Source: Fibrobacteria bacterium (lineage in GTDB: Bacteria > Fibrobacterota > Fibrobacteria > UBA11236). Taken from it: DNA of 12,983 nucleotides. The notes beneath the pieces are model-generated. The model was given only the letters and a program-made list of their open reading frames with translations. It was not told the DNA's origin and made no database searches. The stretch covers positions 1-12,983 of the forward strand of contig JBGTHM010000031.1 in the NCBI GenBank assembly GCA_041746255.1. The letters are read 5' to 3'. The stretch's first letter is position 1, and each line of letters opens with the position of its first letter. This document shows positions 1 through 7,220 of the stretch, one piece after another. The translations under genes and the position numbers were made by a program.

Positions 1-141
1 ACGTAGCGAGTCAGGAATGGGGCTCGAAACGGTACCTGAATATGGATTTGCTTAAGGGACACGAACTCCAGGCGCAGGTCGCCTAGTGAGAGTCAGACTC
101 GAGGAGCCAAAATCAATTTGCGAAAGAAACTTGACACTACC
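1..141 (+). mobile_element. IS256-family insertion sequence, right end (transposase tail + terminal inverted repeat)
   Basis: Frame +3 encodes VASQEWGSKRYLNMDLLKGHELQAQVA* (3-86), resembling IS256 transposase C-termini (WG..RYL.M). It is followed by TTTGCGAAAGAAACTTGACACTACC (117-141), a typical IS256 terminal repeat. The flanking repeat sequence resumes abruptly at 142. Confidence 0.8.
3..86 (+). CDS. IS256-family transposase, C-terminal fragment (partial, runs off window)
   Basis: Hand translation VASQEWGSKRYLNMDLL..., with stop TAG at 84-86. It is not in the ORF track because it is 5'-partial. Confidence 0.75.
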   Translation, partial: VASQEWGSKRYLNMDLLKGHELQAQVA

Positions 142-331
142 TGGGTTTTGGACTGCGCTTATGTGTTTCTCTCTCCCCATTCGGGTCGAGAGAAATCCTT
201 AGCTTGCCTCAACCCATCTTCATTGCGCGCTGCGGGTGCTCATTACGGGAACGGTAGCGCCCCACTTCATTCGCATCCTCGCGCAACGGGTATGCTCTCG
301 CAGCCCACTTCCTACTGGGGCAACGTTGGGT
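142..331 (+). repeat. Long attC-like repeat, copy 0 (left part removed or displaced by IS256)
   Basis: Ends in CACTTCCTACTGGGGCAAC|GTTGGGT (core GTTRRRY 325-331). Shares GGGTTTTG (143/2779), CCCATCYTCATT (213/2831) and GCTGCGGG (229/2847) colinearly with copy 2. Confidence 0.75.
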
Positions 332-447
332 GACATGTTGGCTTTTAAAATGTCGCCACTCCACATAAATTGGAATGGCGATAACTATTCTAATTTTTCT
401 TGGCGGGGTAAGATCCAAATGCCGATCTTCTTAGGTCACGAAACTAA

Positions 448-1737
448 ATGGCAAAGATGAAAAAGGAGTCAATCGAAGGTAAGCTTCTTGCCCTCTTGCG
501 ATCCATAAAACTGAAAAATTCCGCGGGATACCTTGCTGGGCTCCATAAATTCGTATTCGACAATGGGCCTCCATTTTCTCCGTTTGGTTGTCCTCAGGTT
601 AAGTGGTGGTTTGAGGATAGAGCTAATGCCTTGATAAACGAAATCGGGCTGATGCTTAGAATTTACGAGCCATCGTTTCAGCGGTTCACAAAATCTGGGT
701 TATCCAAATTCATAAATGAATTTCTTAAATCCCATGCGCTGGATCCCAAACTATTTAATACTCACTATCTCCATCCTCAAAGCACCTTCGAATCATTATT
801 CGAGGCGAGGTCAATCCAAGATATTAAGGAATTTGGAGAATTATTTTTGACGGCGATACTCTCAGAAAAAAGCGAAAACAATGGAAACTGGGTAAATATT
901 TATTCAATGCCGGTGAATATTCATTCCCCCTCGTTCGAATTAGGATATGAAGGGATTTCTGTAATTGAAAACGATGACAATGAGGCTTGGAAAAAAATAT
1001 CGAAAAGATATCTTGGCGTTAATCTTCGGCATACAGGGGAAGACCTGAGGAAAACTCAGCGGCAAGAGTACAAAACCAATATTTGGGTGATTTGCGAAGA
1101 GGTTGGCGTGCAAAGTGTAGCCTCGCATCATGCTGAAATCAAGGTTGGAGCATTCTTCGTAGTTCTCTTGTCACATTTCATCATTCAAAATCCTAGGTAC
1201 ATGCTGAAGAATTCTACGGAACCATGGCCAGTAGTTTTTGAGTACCCAGCAATCTCAAACAAGGACACAACCTCCTCCATCGGGTTCCCAAAATCTTTTG
1301 TCTTTCCAGTCTATCACGATGTCCAGATTTTGCCGGACGACCTCGTTTCTATTAGGAAGTGGTACGATGGGTTTTCGAAAGCGCCCATCGCAACAAGGAA
1401 GAAACTTCTTATAGCCGCACACTTTATGCGTTCGGCGATGACCAGCGAGGACCTGATAAGCTTCACGCTTTTTTTCACCGCGCTGGATGCTATCTATGGA
1501 ATCAAAGGAAATGTTGAGAATTCCATTATTAATGGAATAAGAAAAACCTTGAACGATGAGCTCTGGTGTAAAAAGGCCAAGCAAATTTATCAGCTTCGAA
1601 ACGACATAGTCCACGGTGGGATCACTTCTTTTGAGGAGTGGGAAGAAATGGACCGATATAAGAAGGAATTTCAATCTGCTCCTGAGAACGATATATGGAA
1701 ATTAGCATGCAATTGTATGATGAAATTCTTCGGTTAA
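448..1737 (+). CDS. HEPN-domain protein (Apea-like C-terminal HEPN), gene cassette
   Basis: 429-aa AT-rich ORF. The C-terminus has F..LF.ALDAIYG...IYQLRNDIVHG, with the HEPN RxxxxH motif at 1597-1614. Start is at 448 or 457. Confidence 0.75.
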   Translation: MAKMKKESIEGKLLALLRSIKLKNSAGYLAGLHKFVFDNGPPFSPFGCPQVKWWFEDRANALINEIGLMLRIYEPSFQRFTKSGLSKFINEFLKSHALDPKLFNTHYLHPQSTFESLFEARSIQDIKEFGELFLTAILSEKSENNGNWVNIYSMPVNIHSPSFELGYEGISVIENDDNEAWKKISKRYLGVNLRHTGEDLRKTQRQEYKTNIWVICEEVGVQSVASHHAEIKVGAFFVVLLSHFIIQNPRYMLKNSTEPWPVVFEYPAISNKDTTSSIGFPKSFVFPVYHDVQILPDDLVSIRKWYDGFSKAPIATRKKLLIAAHFMRSAMTSEDLISFTLFFTALDAIYGIKGNVENSIINGIRKTLNDELWCKKAKQIYQLRNDIVHGGITSFEEWEEMDRYKKEFQSAPENDIWKLACNCMMKFFG

Positions 1738-1775
1738 ATGCACCCCGCCAAAAAAAGAGGGAAGCCAACACGATC

Positions 1776-2023
1776 ACCCAACAAAGCCCAGCCGGGGCGG
1801 CGCGGACATGCGTTCGCATTGCGCCGCCGCAAATGGCTCCTCGGGGCGGTTTGGCAATTCGCCATAAGTTTCGAGCTGCGTTCGCTTCGCTCACTTGTTC
1901 TCAACTTTGGCTCATTGCAGCTTGCGCGCGCGGGCTTCGGGGGCTGAAAAACCCCACTACGCCCGCGTGCTCAGCTTTCAAACCTGCCCCTCGAAGCCAC
2001 TTCCGGCTGGGCCAACGTTGTGG
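1776..2023 (+). repeat. Long attC-like recombination site, copy 1 (248 bp)
   Basis: Inverse core ACCCAAC (1776-1782) and core GTTGTGG (2017-2023). Outer stem GCCCAGCCGG/CCGGCTGGGC plus internal hairpins. The inverse core is the exact complement of the preceding core at 325. Confidence 0.8.
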
Positions 2024-2079
2024 ATAATGGCGGGGCAAGAAAAACCTCAAAAATCAATAAAATTCCTTGTTCAATCTCC

Positions 2080-2114
2080 TTGTCTTAATTAAGAAATAAT
2101 TATATTGTAATTAT
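2080..2114 (+). promoter_or_regulatory. Putative sigma70 promoter and autoregulatory operator of the brnTA cassette
   Basis: TTGTCT (2080-2085), 17 nt, TATTGT (2103-2108). The palindrome ATAATTA-N5-TAATTAT (2096-2114) overlaps the -10 and ATG. No Shine-Dalgarno is visible. Confidence 0.55.
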
Positions 2115-2403
2115 GTCTGAACTAGCATTTCGTTGGGATCCGAAGAAAGAAGCCCATAACCAGGAAAAACATGGCGTATCCTTCGAAGAAGCCAAATCTG
2201 TCTTTTACGACGAAAGTGCCAAGCTCATTCACGATCCGGACCACTCCGAAGACGAGGACCGGTTTATCCTGCTTGGTTTCAGCTTGGCATTGAGGCTCCT
2301 TGTGGTCTGCCACTGTTACCGAGAAAATGAATCTACCATACGGATTATTTCGGCTCGAAAGGCCACAAAATCCGAAGCTAAAAGTTATCCGAGGTCACTA
2401 TGA
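2113..2403 (+). CDS. brnT: BrnT-family (DUF497) ribonuclease toxin
   Basis: F.WD..K...N..KHGVSFEEA..VF.D, HS..EDRF..LG and IRIISARKAT..E motifs. Confidence 0.93.
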   Translation: MSELAFRWDPKKEAHNQEKHGVSFEEAKSVFYDESAKLIHDPDHSEDEDRFILLGFSLALRLLVVCHCYRENESTIRIISARKATKSEAKSYPRSL

Positions 2404-2609
2404 GGAAAGAATACGATTTTTCAAACGCAGAAAAGAATCCGTACGCTAAGAAGCTGAAAAAGCAGATCACGATTCGACTCGACGAGGACGCGATCTCCTA
2501 TTTTAAAGGCTTATCGCAGAAGACTGGAATTACCTACCAAAACCTCATCAATCTCTATTTGAAGGATTGTGCGGTATCTCATCGCAAGCTGTCTTTCAAA
2601 TGGCAATAA
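2400..2609 (+). CDS. brnA: BrnA-family antitoxin (ribbon-helix-helix)
   Basis: MRKEYDFS..KNPY..KKQITIRLD..I.YFK.....GI.YQ.LINLYL. ATGA overlap with the toxin stop codon. Confidence 0.9.
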   Translation: MRKEYDFSNAEKNPYAKKLKKQITIRLDEDAISYFKGLSQKTGITYQNLINLYLKDCAVSHRKLSFKWQ

Positions 2610-2684
2610 AAGCCAGTACTGCCCACCCGGAATAAAGAATGCCCCACCACTCGCTCAGCGCTGCGCGCTGGCGGGCTTCACCAC

Positions 2685-2947
2685 CCACAACAAACCGCAG
2701 GGTGCTGCGTGGCACTTTCCAGTGCCACTCCGGGGCTTCGCCCAAATGGCTTTTCGAGGCGGCCCGGCAATTCGGAAAGGGTTTTGAGCGGCGCGAACTT
2801 CGCTTAACGCCTACGTCCGCTTGCTCAAAGCCCATCCTCATTCCATGCTGCGGGCGTTGCCTCCGGGGTACATAAGACCCACTCCGGCTTCGTCCTCGCA
2901 TTCAGCCCAAACTCGAAAAACCGCTTCACCCTCCGCCAACGTTGTTC
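2685..2947 (+). repeat. Long attC-like recombination site, copy 2 (263 bp)
   Basis: Inverse core CCACAAC (2685-2691) complements the preceding core GTTGTGG (2017). Ends CGCTTCACCCTCCGCCAAC|GTTGTTC (2941-2947). Shares CAAATGGCT (1830/2743) and GGCAATTCG (1853/2766) with copy 1 at an identical offset. Confidence 0.8.
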
Positions 2948-3230
2948 AATGGTGGTGCATAGATGCGAACCGCCGCACGTCGTATGGGTAGGGAAATTTA
3001 TAAATATCACAAATGACGCGCGCCCAAGAAATTCGAGAGGGAATAAAAAAGTCCTACTAAGTAATAAGATTTCTCCTACAAGAAAATGGGGGGCCAGTTT
3101 TGAAAATGGGCTTCGATTTACCCAACTCCGCTGGATTTTCCGCCCCTATGGACCGCCCCGAAACACCGGGAACGGGTTTTTCCTGGTAAATTTAGCCGAA
3201 TTCCTGGGAAATAAAATATTTTAACCCTTT

Positions 3231-3257
3231 TGTCGATCCAGGGATGGACCGTTCGAC
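3231..3257 (+). promoter_or_regulatory. ECF42-type promoter (-35 TGTCGA, -10 CGAC)
   Basis: TGTCGA (3231-3236), 17-nt spacer, CGAC (3254-3257), directly upstream of the DGPF + ECF42 operon. This matches the described ECF42 TGTCG/CG(A/T)C motif. Confidence 0.7.
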
Positions 3258-3321
3258 GTATGGGCAGAGGCAGGAACCGGGGCAATGCCGTCCCGGGGAA
3301 GACGCCGGAAGGAGCATTAAC

Positions 3322-3762
3322 ATGAAGGTCATGGTGATTGTAAAGGCGACCAAGAATTCCGAGGCCGGGGCGATGCCCAGCGAGAAGTTGATGATTGAGA
3401 TGGGCAACTATAATGAGCAACTGGTGAAGGCCGGCATCATGCTGAACGGCGAAGGGTTGCTGCCCTCGGTTAAGGGCCGGAGACTGAAGCTTGTGAACGG
3501 GGGGAAGCGAACGGTGTTGGATGGGCCGTTCTCGGAGACCAAGGAGCTTATCGCGGGCTTCTGGATTTGGCAGGTGAAGAACATGGAGGAGGCCGTGGAA
3601 TGGGCGCGTCGTTGCCCGGACCCGATGCCTGGCGAGGACGCCGAACTTGAGATCCGCCAGATCGCCTCGGCCGAGGACTTCGGCGCTGCGTTTACCCCCG
3701 AGGTGCAGGAGCAGGAAAACAAGCTGCGCGCCGAGCTGGAGCGCCAGCAGAAGAAGGCCTGA
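3322..3762 (+). CDS. YciI/DGPF-domain protein
   Basis: VLDGPFSETKELIAGFWIWQV...EEAVEWARRCP signature. The true start is likely ATG 3322 after AAGGAG (3309-3314), not 3244. Confidence 0.92.
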   Translation: MKVMVIVKATKNSEAGAMPSEKLMIEMGNYNEQLVKAGIMLNGEGLLPSVKGRRLKLVNGGKRTVLDGPFSETKELIAGFWIWQVKNMEEAVEWARRCPDPMPGEDAELEIRQIASAEDFGAAFTPEVQEQENKLRAELERQQKKA

Positions 3763-3765
3763 GTC

Positions 3766-5070
3766 TTGGTGCCTTCCGACGCCTCCGCCGCGGCCCGAGC
3801 GGTCGATGCTGTCTGCCGCATCGAGGCCTCCCGGGTCATCGCCCGCGTCGCGCGCATGGTGCGTGACGTGGGTTTGGCCGAGGAGCTGGCCCAGGATGCC
3901 TTCCTTGCCGCCCTCGAGCAATGGCCGAAAGCCGGCATCCCGGAGAATCCCGGAGCATGGCTGACGGTAGTGGCCAAGCGGCACGCCGTGGACCGCATCC
4001 GCCGGGAGCGGAACTTCGCATCCAAGGAGGAAGCCATCGGATACGAAGTGGAATCGGGGACGCGGGTGCCCGAGTTCGATTTCGAAGAGGATCCCATCGA
4101 GGACGACCTCCTGCGACTCATCTTCACCTCCTGCCACCCTCTGCTTCCCAAGGAGTCCCGCGCGGCCCTCACTTTGCGGGTGCTGGGCGGGCTAACCACG
4201 GAGGAAATCGCCCGTGCTTTCCTGGTGCCCGAGCCCACCATGGCCCAGCGCATCGTGCGCGCCAAACGCACCCTGACCGAAGCCAAGGTCCCCTTCGAGG
4301 TGCCGAGGGGCGCGGACCGCGAGGGGCGCCTGGCCTCGGTGCTGGAGGTCATCTACCTCATCTTCAACGAAGGCTATGCGGCCACCTCCGGCGATCGGTG
4401 GCTGCGGCATGAGCTCTGCGACGAGGCGCTGCGCCTGGGGCGCATCCTGGCCGAGTTGGTCCCCCAGGAGCCGGAGGCCCATGGGCTCGCGTCCCTGATG
4501 GAGATCCAGTCTTCGCGCCTGCGCTCCCGCGTGGGGACGAACGGGAAGCCGGTCCTCCTGCTGGACCAGGACCGCGCCAAGTGGGATCGATTGCTGATCA
4601 GCCGAGGTTTGACGGCCCTGGAACGGGCCGAGAAGCAGGGGAAGGGACTTGGATCCTACGGGTTGCAGGCCGCCATCGCCGCCAGCCATGCCCGGGCCGT
4701 GCGGGCGGAGGACACGGATTGGGTCCGCATCGCCGCGCTCTACGATGCCTTGAGCGAGTTAACCCCCTCGCCCATAGTGGACCTCAATCGGGCTGTGGCT
4801 GTTTCCATGGCCTATGGTCCGGCGGCGGGCCTGGAAATACTGGAGGACCTGGTCGCGGAGGGTGCCCTAGAGACCTATCCGGCCTTGCATGCGGCCCGCG
4901 GGGAGTTGCTCGCGAAGTCCGGCCTGTGGACCGAGGCGCGAGCCGCTTTCGAGTGCGCGGCGGAGCTGAGCAGGAACGGGCCGGAGAAGGAGTTGCTACT
5001 TGATCGGGCGAGAGGGTGTTCCCAGGGCGCCTTGTGGTGGAGGGCAAAACCGAAGGAGGGCGGCCGATGA
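3766..5070 (+). CDS. ECF RNA polymerase sigma factor with C-terminal TPR-like extension (ECF42 group)
   Basis: Sigma region 2 (LAEELAQDAFLAALEQWP..G.P.NPGAWL), region 4 (LTLRVLGGLTTEEIARAFLV.E.TMAQRIVRAK), YLIFNEGY and a ~200-aa helical C-terminus. Adjacent to a DGPF gene. Start is TTG 3766 or GTG 3769. Confidence 0.92.
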   Translation: MVPSDASAAARAVDAVCRIEASRVIARVARMVRDVGLAEELAQDAFLAALEQWPKAGIPENPGAWLTVVAKRHAVDRIRRERNFASKEEAIGYEVESGTRVPEFDFEEDPIEDDLLRLIFTSCHPLLPKESRAALTLRVLGGLTTEEIARAFLVPEPTMAQRIVRAKRTLTEAKVPFEVPRGADREGRLASVLEVIYLIFNEGYAATSGDRWLRHELCDEALRLGRILAELVPQEPEAHGLASLMEIQSSRLRSRVGTNGKPVLLLDQDRAKWDRLLISRGLTALERAEKQGKGLGSYGLQAAIAASHARAVRAEDTDWVRIAALYDALSELTPSPIVDLNRAVAVSMAYGPAAGLEILEDLVAEGALETYPALHAARGELLAKSGLWTEARAAFECAAELSRNGPEKELLLDRARGCSQGALWWRAKPKEGGR

Positions 5071-5351
5071 TCCTGGATATGGATCTGCAAGCCATGGCGC
5101 GAACGTTGGGTTGGCAATTCACACGGCATCCTCTCTGCGCCTGCTAAGACAGGCTTGTTGCAGCGATCTTGTTCACTGCAAGTTACGGGCGGTATGTGCC
5201 AGGGAGAAATGGCGGAGGCCATTCTTCAAAAATTTTCCACTTTTCGAATCCGACTCGCAATAAGAGTTGTGGCGCAAAATTTCAATAAAGAGCAAACGAT
5301 TCAAGTGGAAACTCGCAAATATTTTACGTTTTCCGATACAAGGAGGTTTCC

Positions 5352-5807
5352 ATGACACCACTGTTCAAGAAGCTCAATCTGGGGACCCACGAGACCATCC
5401 TTGTTCTCAATGCCCCGGATTCTTTTGAAGCGGAACTGATACAACTTGCCGGAATCAAAGTATTGCGTAAAATACCGTCAAGCCCAAATGTTCCATTCGT
5501 AATCGGATTTGCAACCAACCAGATGGAACTCGATCAACTATCCGATAAAATTATCAAGTCGATAACTGGAGACGCCATCGCGTGGGTGGCCTATCCCAAA
5601 AAATCTTCCAAGCGGTATAAATGCGACTTTAACCGTGACGAAGGCTGGAATGTACTTGGCGAGGCCGATTTCGAGCCTGTGCGTCAAGTGGCAATCGATG
5701 AAGACTGGTCTGCACTTCGATTCAGGAGAGTCGAGCATATCAAGACGCTGACCAGGAACAAGGATATGGCCATTTCCATCGAAGGAAAAAGACGCACCAA
5801 AAAGTGA
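5352..5807 (+). CDS. Conserved hypothetical protein, DUF3052-like
   Basis: AAGGAGG RBS. LFKKLNL...LVLNAP, W.AYPKKSSK.YK.DFNRD.GW and VRQVAIDEDWSALRFR conserved motifs. Confidence 0.75.
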   Translation: MTPLFKKLNLGTHETILVLNAPDSFEAELIQLAGIKVLRKIPSSPNVPFVIGFATNQMELDQLSDKIIKSITGDAIAWVAYPKKSSKRYKCDFNRDEGWNVLGEADFEPVRQVAIDEDWSALRFRRVEHIKTLTRNKDMAISIEGKRRTKK

Positions 5808-5969
5808 ACCAATCACCCTGGTGGTGGTGGCGTCTCCGATTTGTAGGAAGACGCCTCTGAATGTGTTCGGACTGAGGTGCAGGGAAAACTCCTCCACGCG
5901 CCTGGACATAGCCGGTTTTGGTCGCAGGCTGGCGGAATGGCCCAAGAAGAATAGCACCCGAATTCCGGA

Positions 5970-6023
5970 TATTCGCAGTATTTTAGCGAATATTCCTATT
6001 TATTCGTGGAAAATATGCGAATA
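5970..6023. promoter_or_regulatory. Two tandem palindromic operators TATTCG-N11-CGAATA
   Basis: Copies at 5970-5992 and 6001-6023 with a 31-bp period, ending 20 bp upstream of the ATPase ATG. Confidence 0.7.
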
Positions 6024-6042
6024 ATCTGCCATTATTTACATT

Positions 6043-7209
6043 ATGAGTGCGAATAACCTCGATTTTTCCCGACAGCTCCAGTTGACCACAGTCCTGCGGA
6101 AAAAGTCAGTGCTATTGCTGGGCCCCAGGCAAACAGGCAAAAGGCGACTAATTCGCCAGGCCTTTCCCAATGCGCCTTGTTACAACCTACTGGATTCGAG
6201 AACCTTTCTGAAATTGGCGGAGGCGCCCCATTTGATGGTGGAGGAACTGTCCGCATTGCCCCAACCCATTCAAAGCCCCATCCTTATCGATGAAATCCAG
6301 AAACTCCCGCGTCTTCTCGATGAAGTCCACAACGCCATCGAAAGCAGGGGGTGGACTTTCCTTCTCACCGGAAGCAGCGCCCGCAAGCTTCGCAGGGAGG
6401 AGGCGAATCTGCTCGGGGGTCGAGCCCGAGTTCTGCACTTGCATCCTCTCGTCAGCGCCGAAGTGCCCGACTTTAATCTGGAGCGGGCGCTATCCTTCGG
6501 GATGCTGCCGAGCATCTATCTGTCGGACGAACCCTATGAGGATCTCCGGGATTATTGCGGGCAATACCTACAAGAAGAGATTGCCGCGGAAGCAGCCGTT
6601 CGGCGCATAGAAAGCTTTTCCCGTTTCCTGCGCGCCGCCGCCCTCATGAGCGGCGAGATAATCAATTTCGAAGCGCTTTCCCGGGAAAGCGGAATTCTTG
6701 CCCGCACCTTGCGGGAATACTTCTTCATTCTTGATGATACCCTGATAGGCAAGCTCATTCCGCCCTATCGTGAGCGCCCGACCCGCAAGGCCATGGCTTC
6801 CGCGAAGTTCTACCTCTTCGATATCGGAGTAGCCCACGCCCTTGCGCAGCGACGGCATATCGAACCCAGAACACCCGTTTACGGCAAGGCATTCGAGCAT
6901 TGGGTGTATATGGAAATCGCCGCTTGGCTGTCGTACACAAGGGATGAACGGGAGCTTACCTATTGGCGCAGCGCTAGCGGACATGAAGTCGACTTCTTGA
7001 TCGGCAAGGACGTCGCCGTTGAGATAAAAGCTTCGGAGCGGGTGGTCGATCACCAGATTAAGGGATTGCTGCTGATAGGAGATGAATTGCGCCCCAAACA
7101 CCGGATTGTGGTGACCTGCGAATCCACTTCCCGGAAGTCGAATGGCATCCGGTTCCTGCCTTGGAAGGAGTTCGCCTCGCTTCTGTGGCAGGGCGAATTT
7201 CAGGACTGA
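6043..7209 (+). CDS. AAA_14 / DUF4143 family ATP-binding protein
   Basis: LLLGPRQTGK (Walker A), ILIDEIQK (Walker B), LTGSSARKL, LLGGRA, KFYLFDIGV, YWRS.SG.EVDF and EIK (C-terminal PD-(D/E)xK-like). Confidence 0.9.
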   Translation: MSANNLDFSRQLQLTTVLRKKSVLLLGPRQTGKRRLIRQAFPNAPCYNLLDSRTFLKLAEAPHLMVEELSALPQPIQSPILIDEIQKLPRLLDEVHNAIESRGWTFLLTGSSARKLRREEANLLGGRARVLHLHPLVSAEVPDFNLERALSFGMLPSIYLSDEPYEDLRDYCGQYLQEEIAAEAAVRRIESFSRFLRAAALMSGEIINFEALSRESGILARTLREYFFILDDTLIGKLIPPYRERPTRKAMASAKFYLFDIGVAHALAQRRHIEPRTPVYGKAFEHWVYMEIAAWLSYTRDERELTYWRSASGHEVDFLIGKDVAVEIKASERVVDHQIKGLLLIGDELRPKHRIVVTCESTSRKSNGIRFLPWKEFASLLWQGEFQD

Positions 7210-7220
7210 ACCGTCACCCT

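Noticed and set aside
1622..2092. Short ORFs across repeat copy 1
   Set aside because: They overlap the GC-rich palindromic repeat and give low-complexity, Arg/Ala/Pro-rich translations.
142..2947. CRISPR array or tRNA/rRNA interpretation of the repeats
   Set aside because: The repeats are long and divergent and are separated by whole genes. There is no short constant repeat-spacer period and no cloverleaf or rRNA signature.
3120..3126. ACCCAAC upstream of the ECF42 operon as an inverse core
   Set aside because: It does not complement the preceding core (GTTGTTC), and no matching stem or nearby core follows. A 7-mer is expected by chance.
2569..3224. Short ORFs across repeat copy 2 and the following intergenic region
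   Set aside because: No RBS or family motifs. They are explained by the repeat structure.
3118..5222. Long antisense or alternate-frame ORFs (3118..4137, 3408..4352, 3921..4412, 4192..4689, etc.)
   Set aside because: They are shadows of the GC-rich DGPF and ECF42 genes and have no recognisable motifs.
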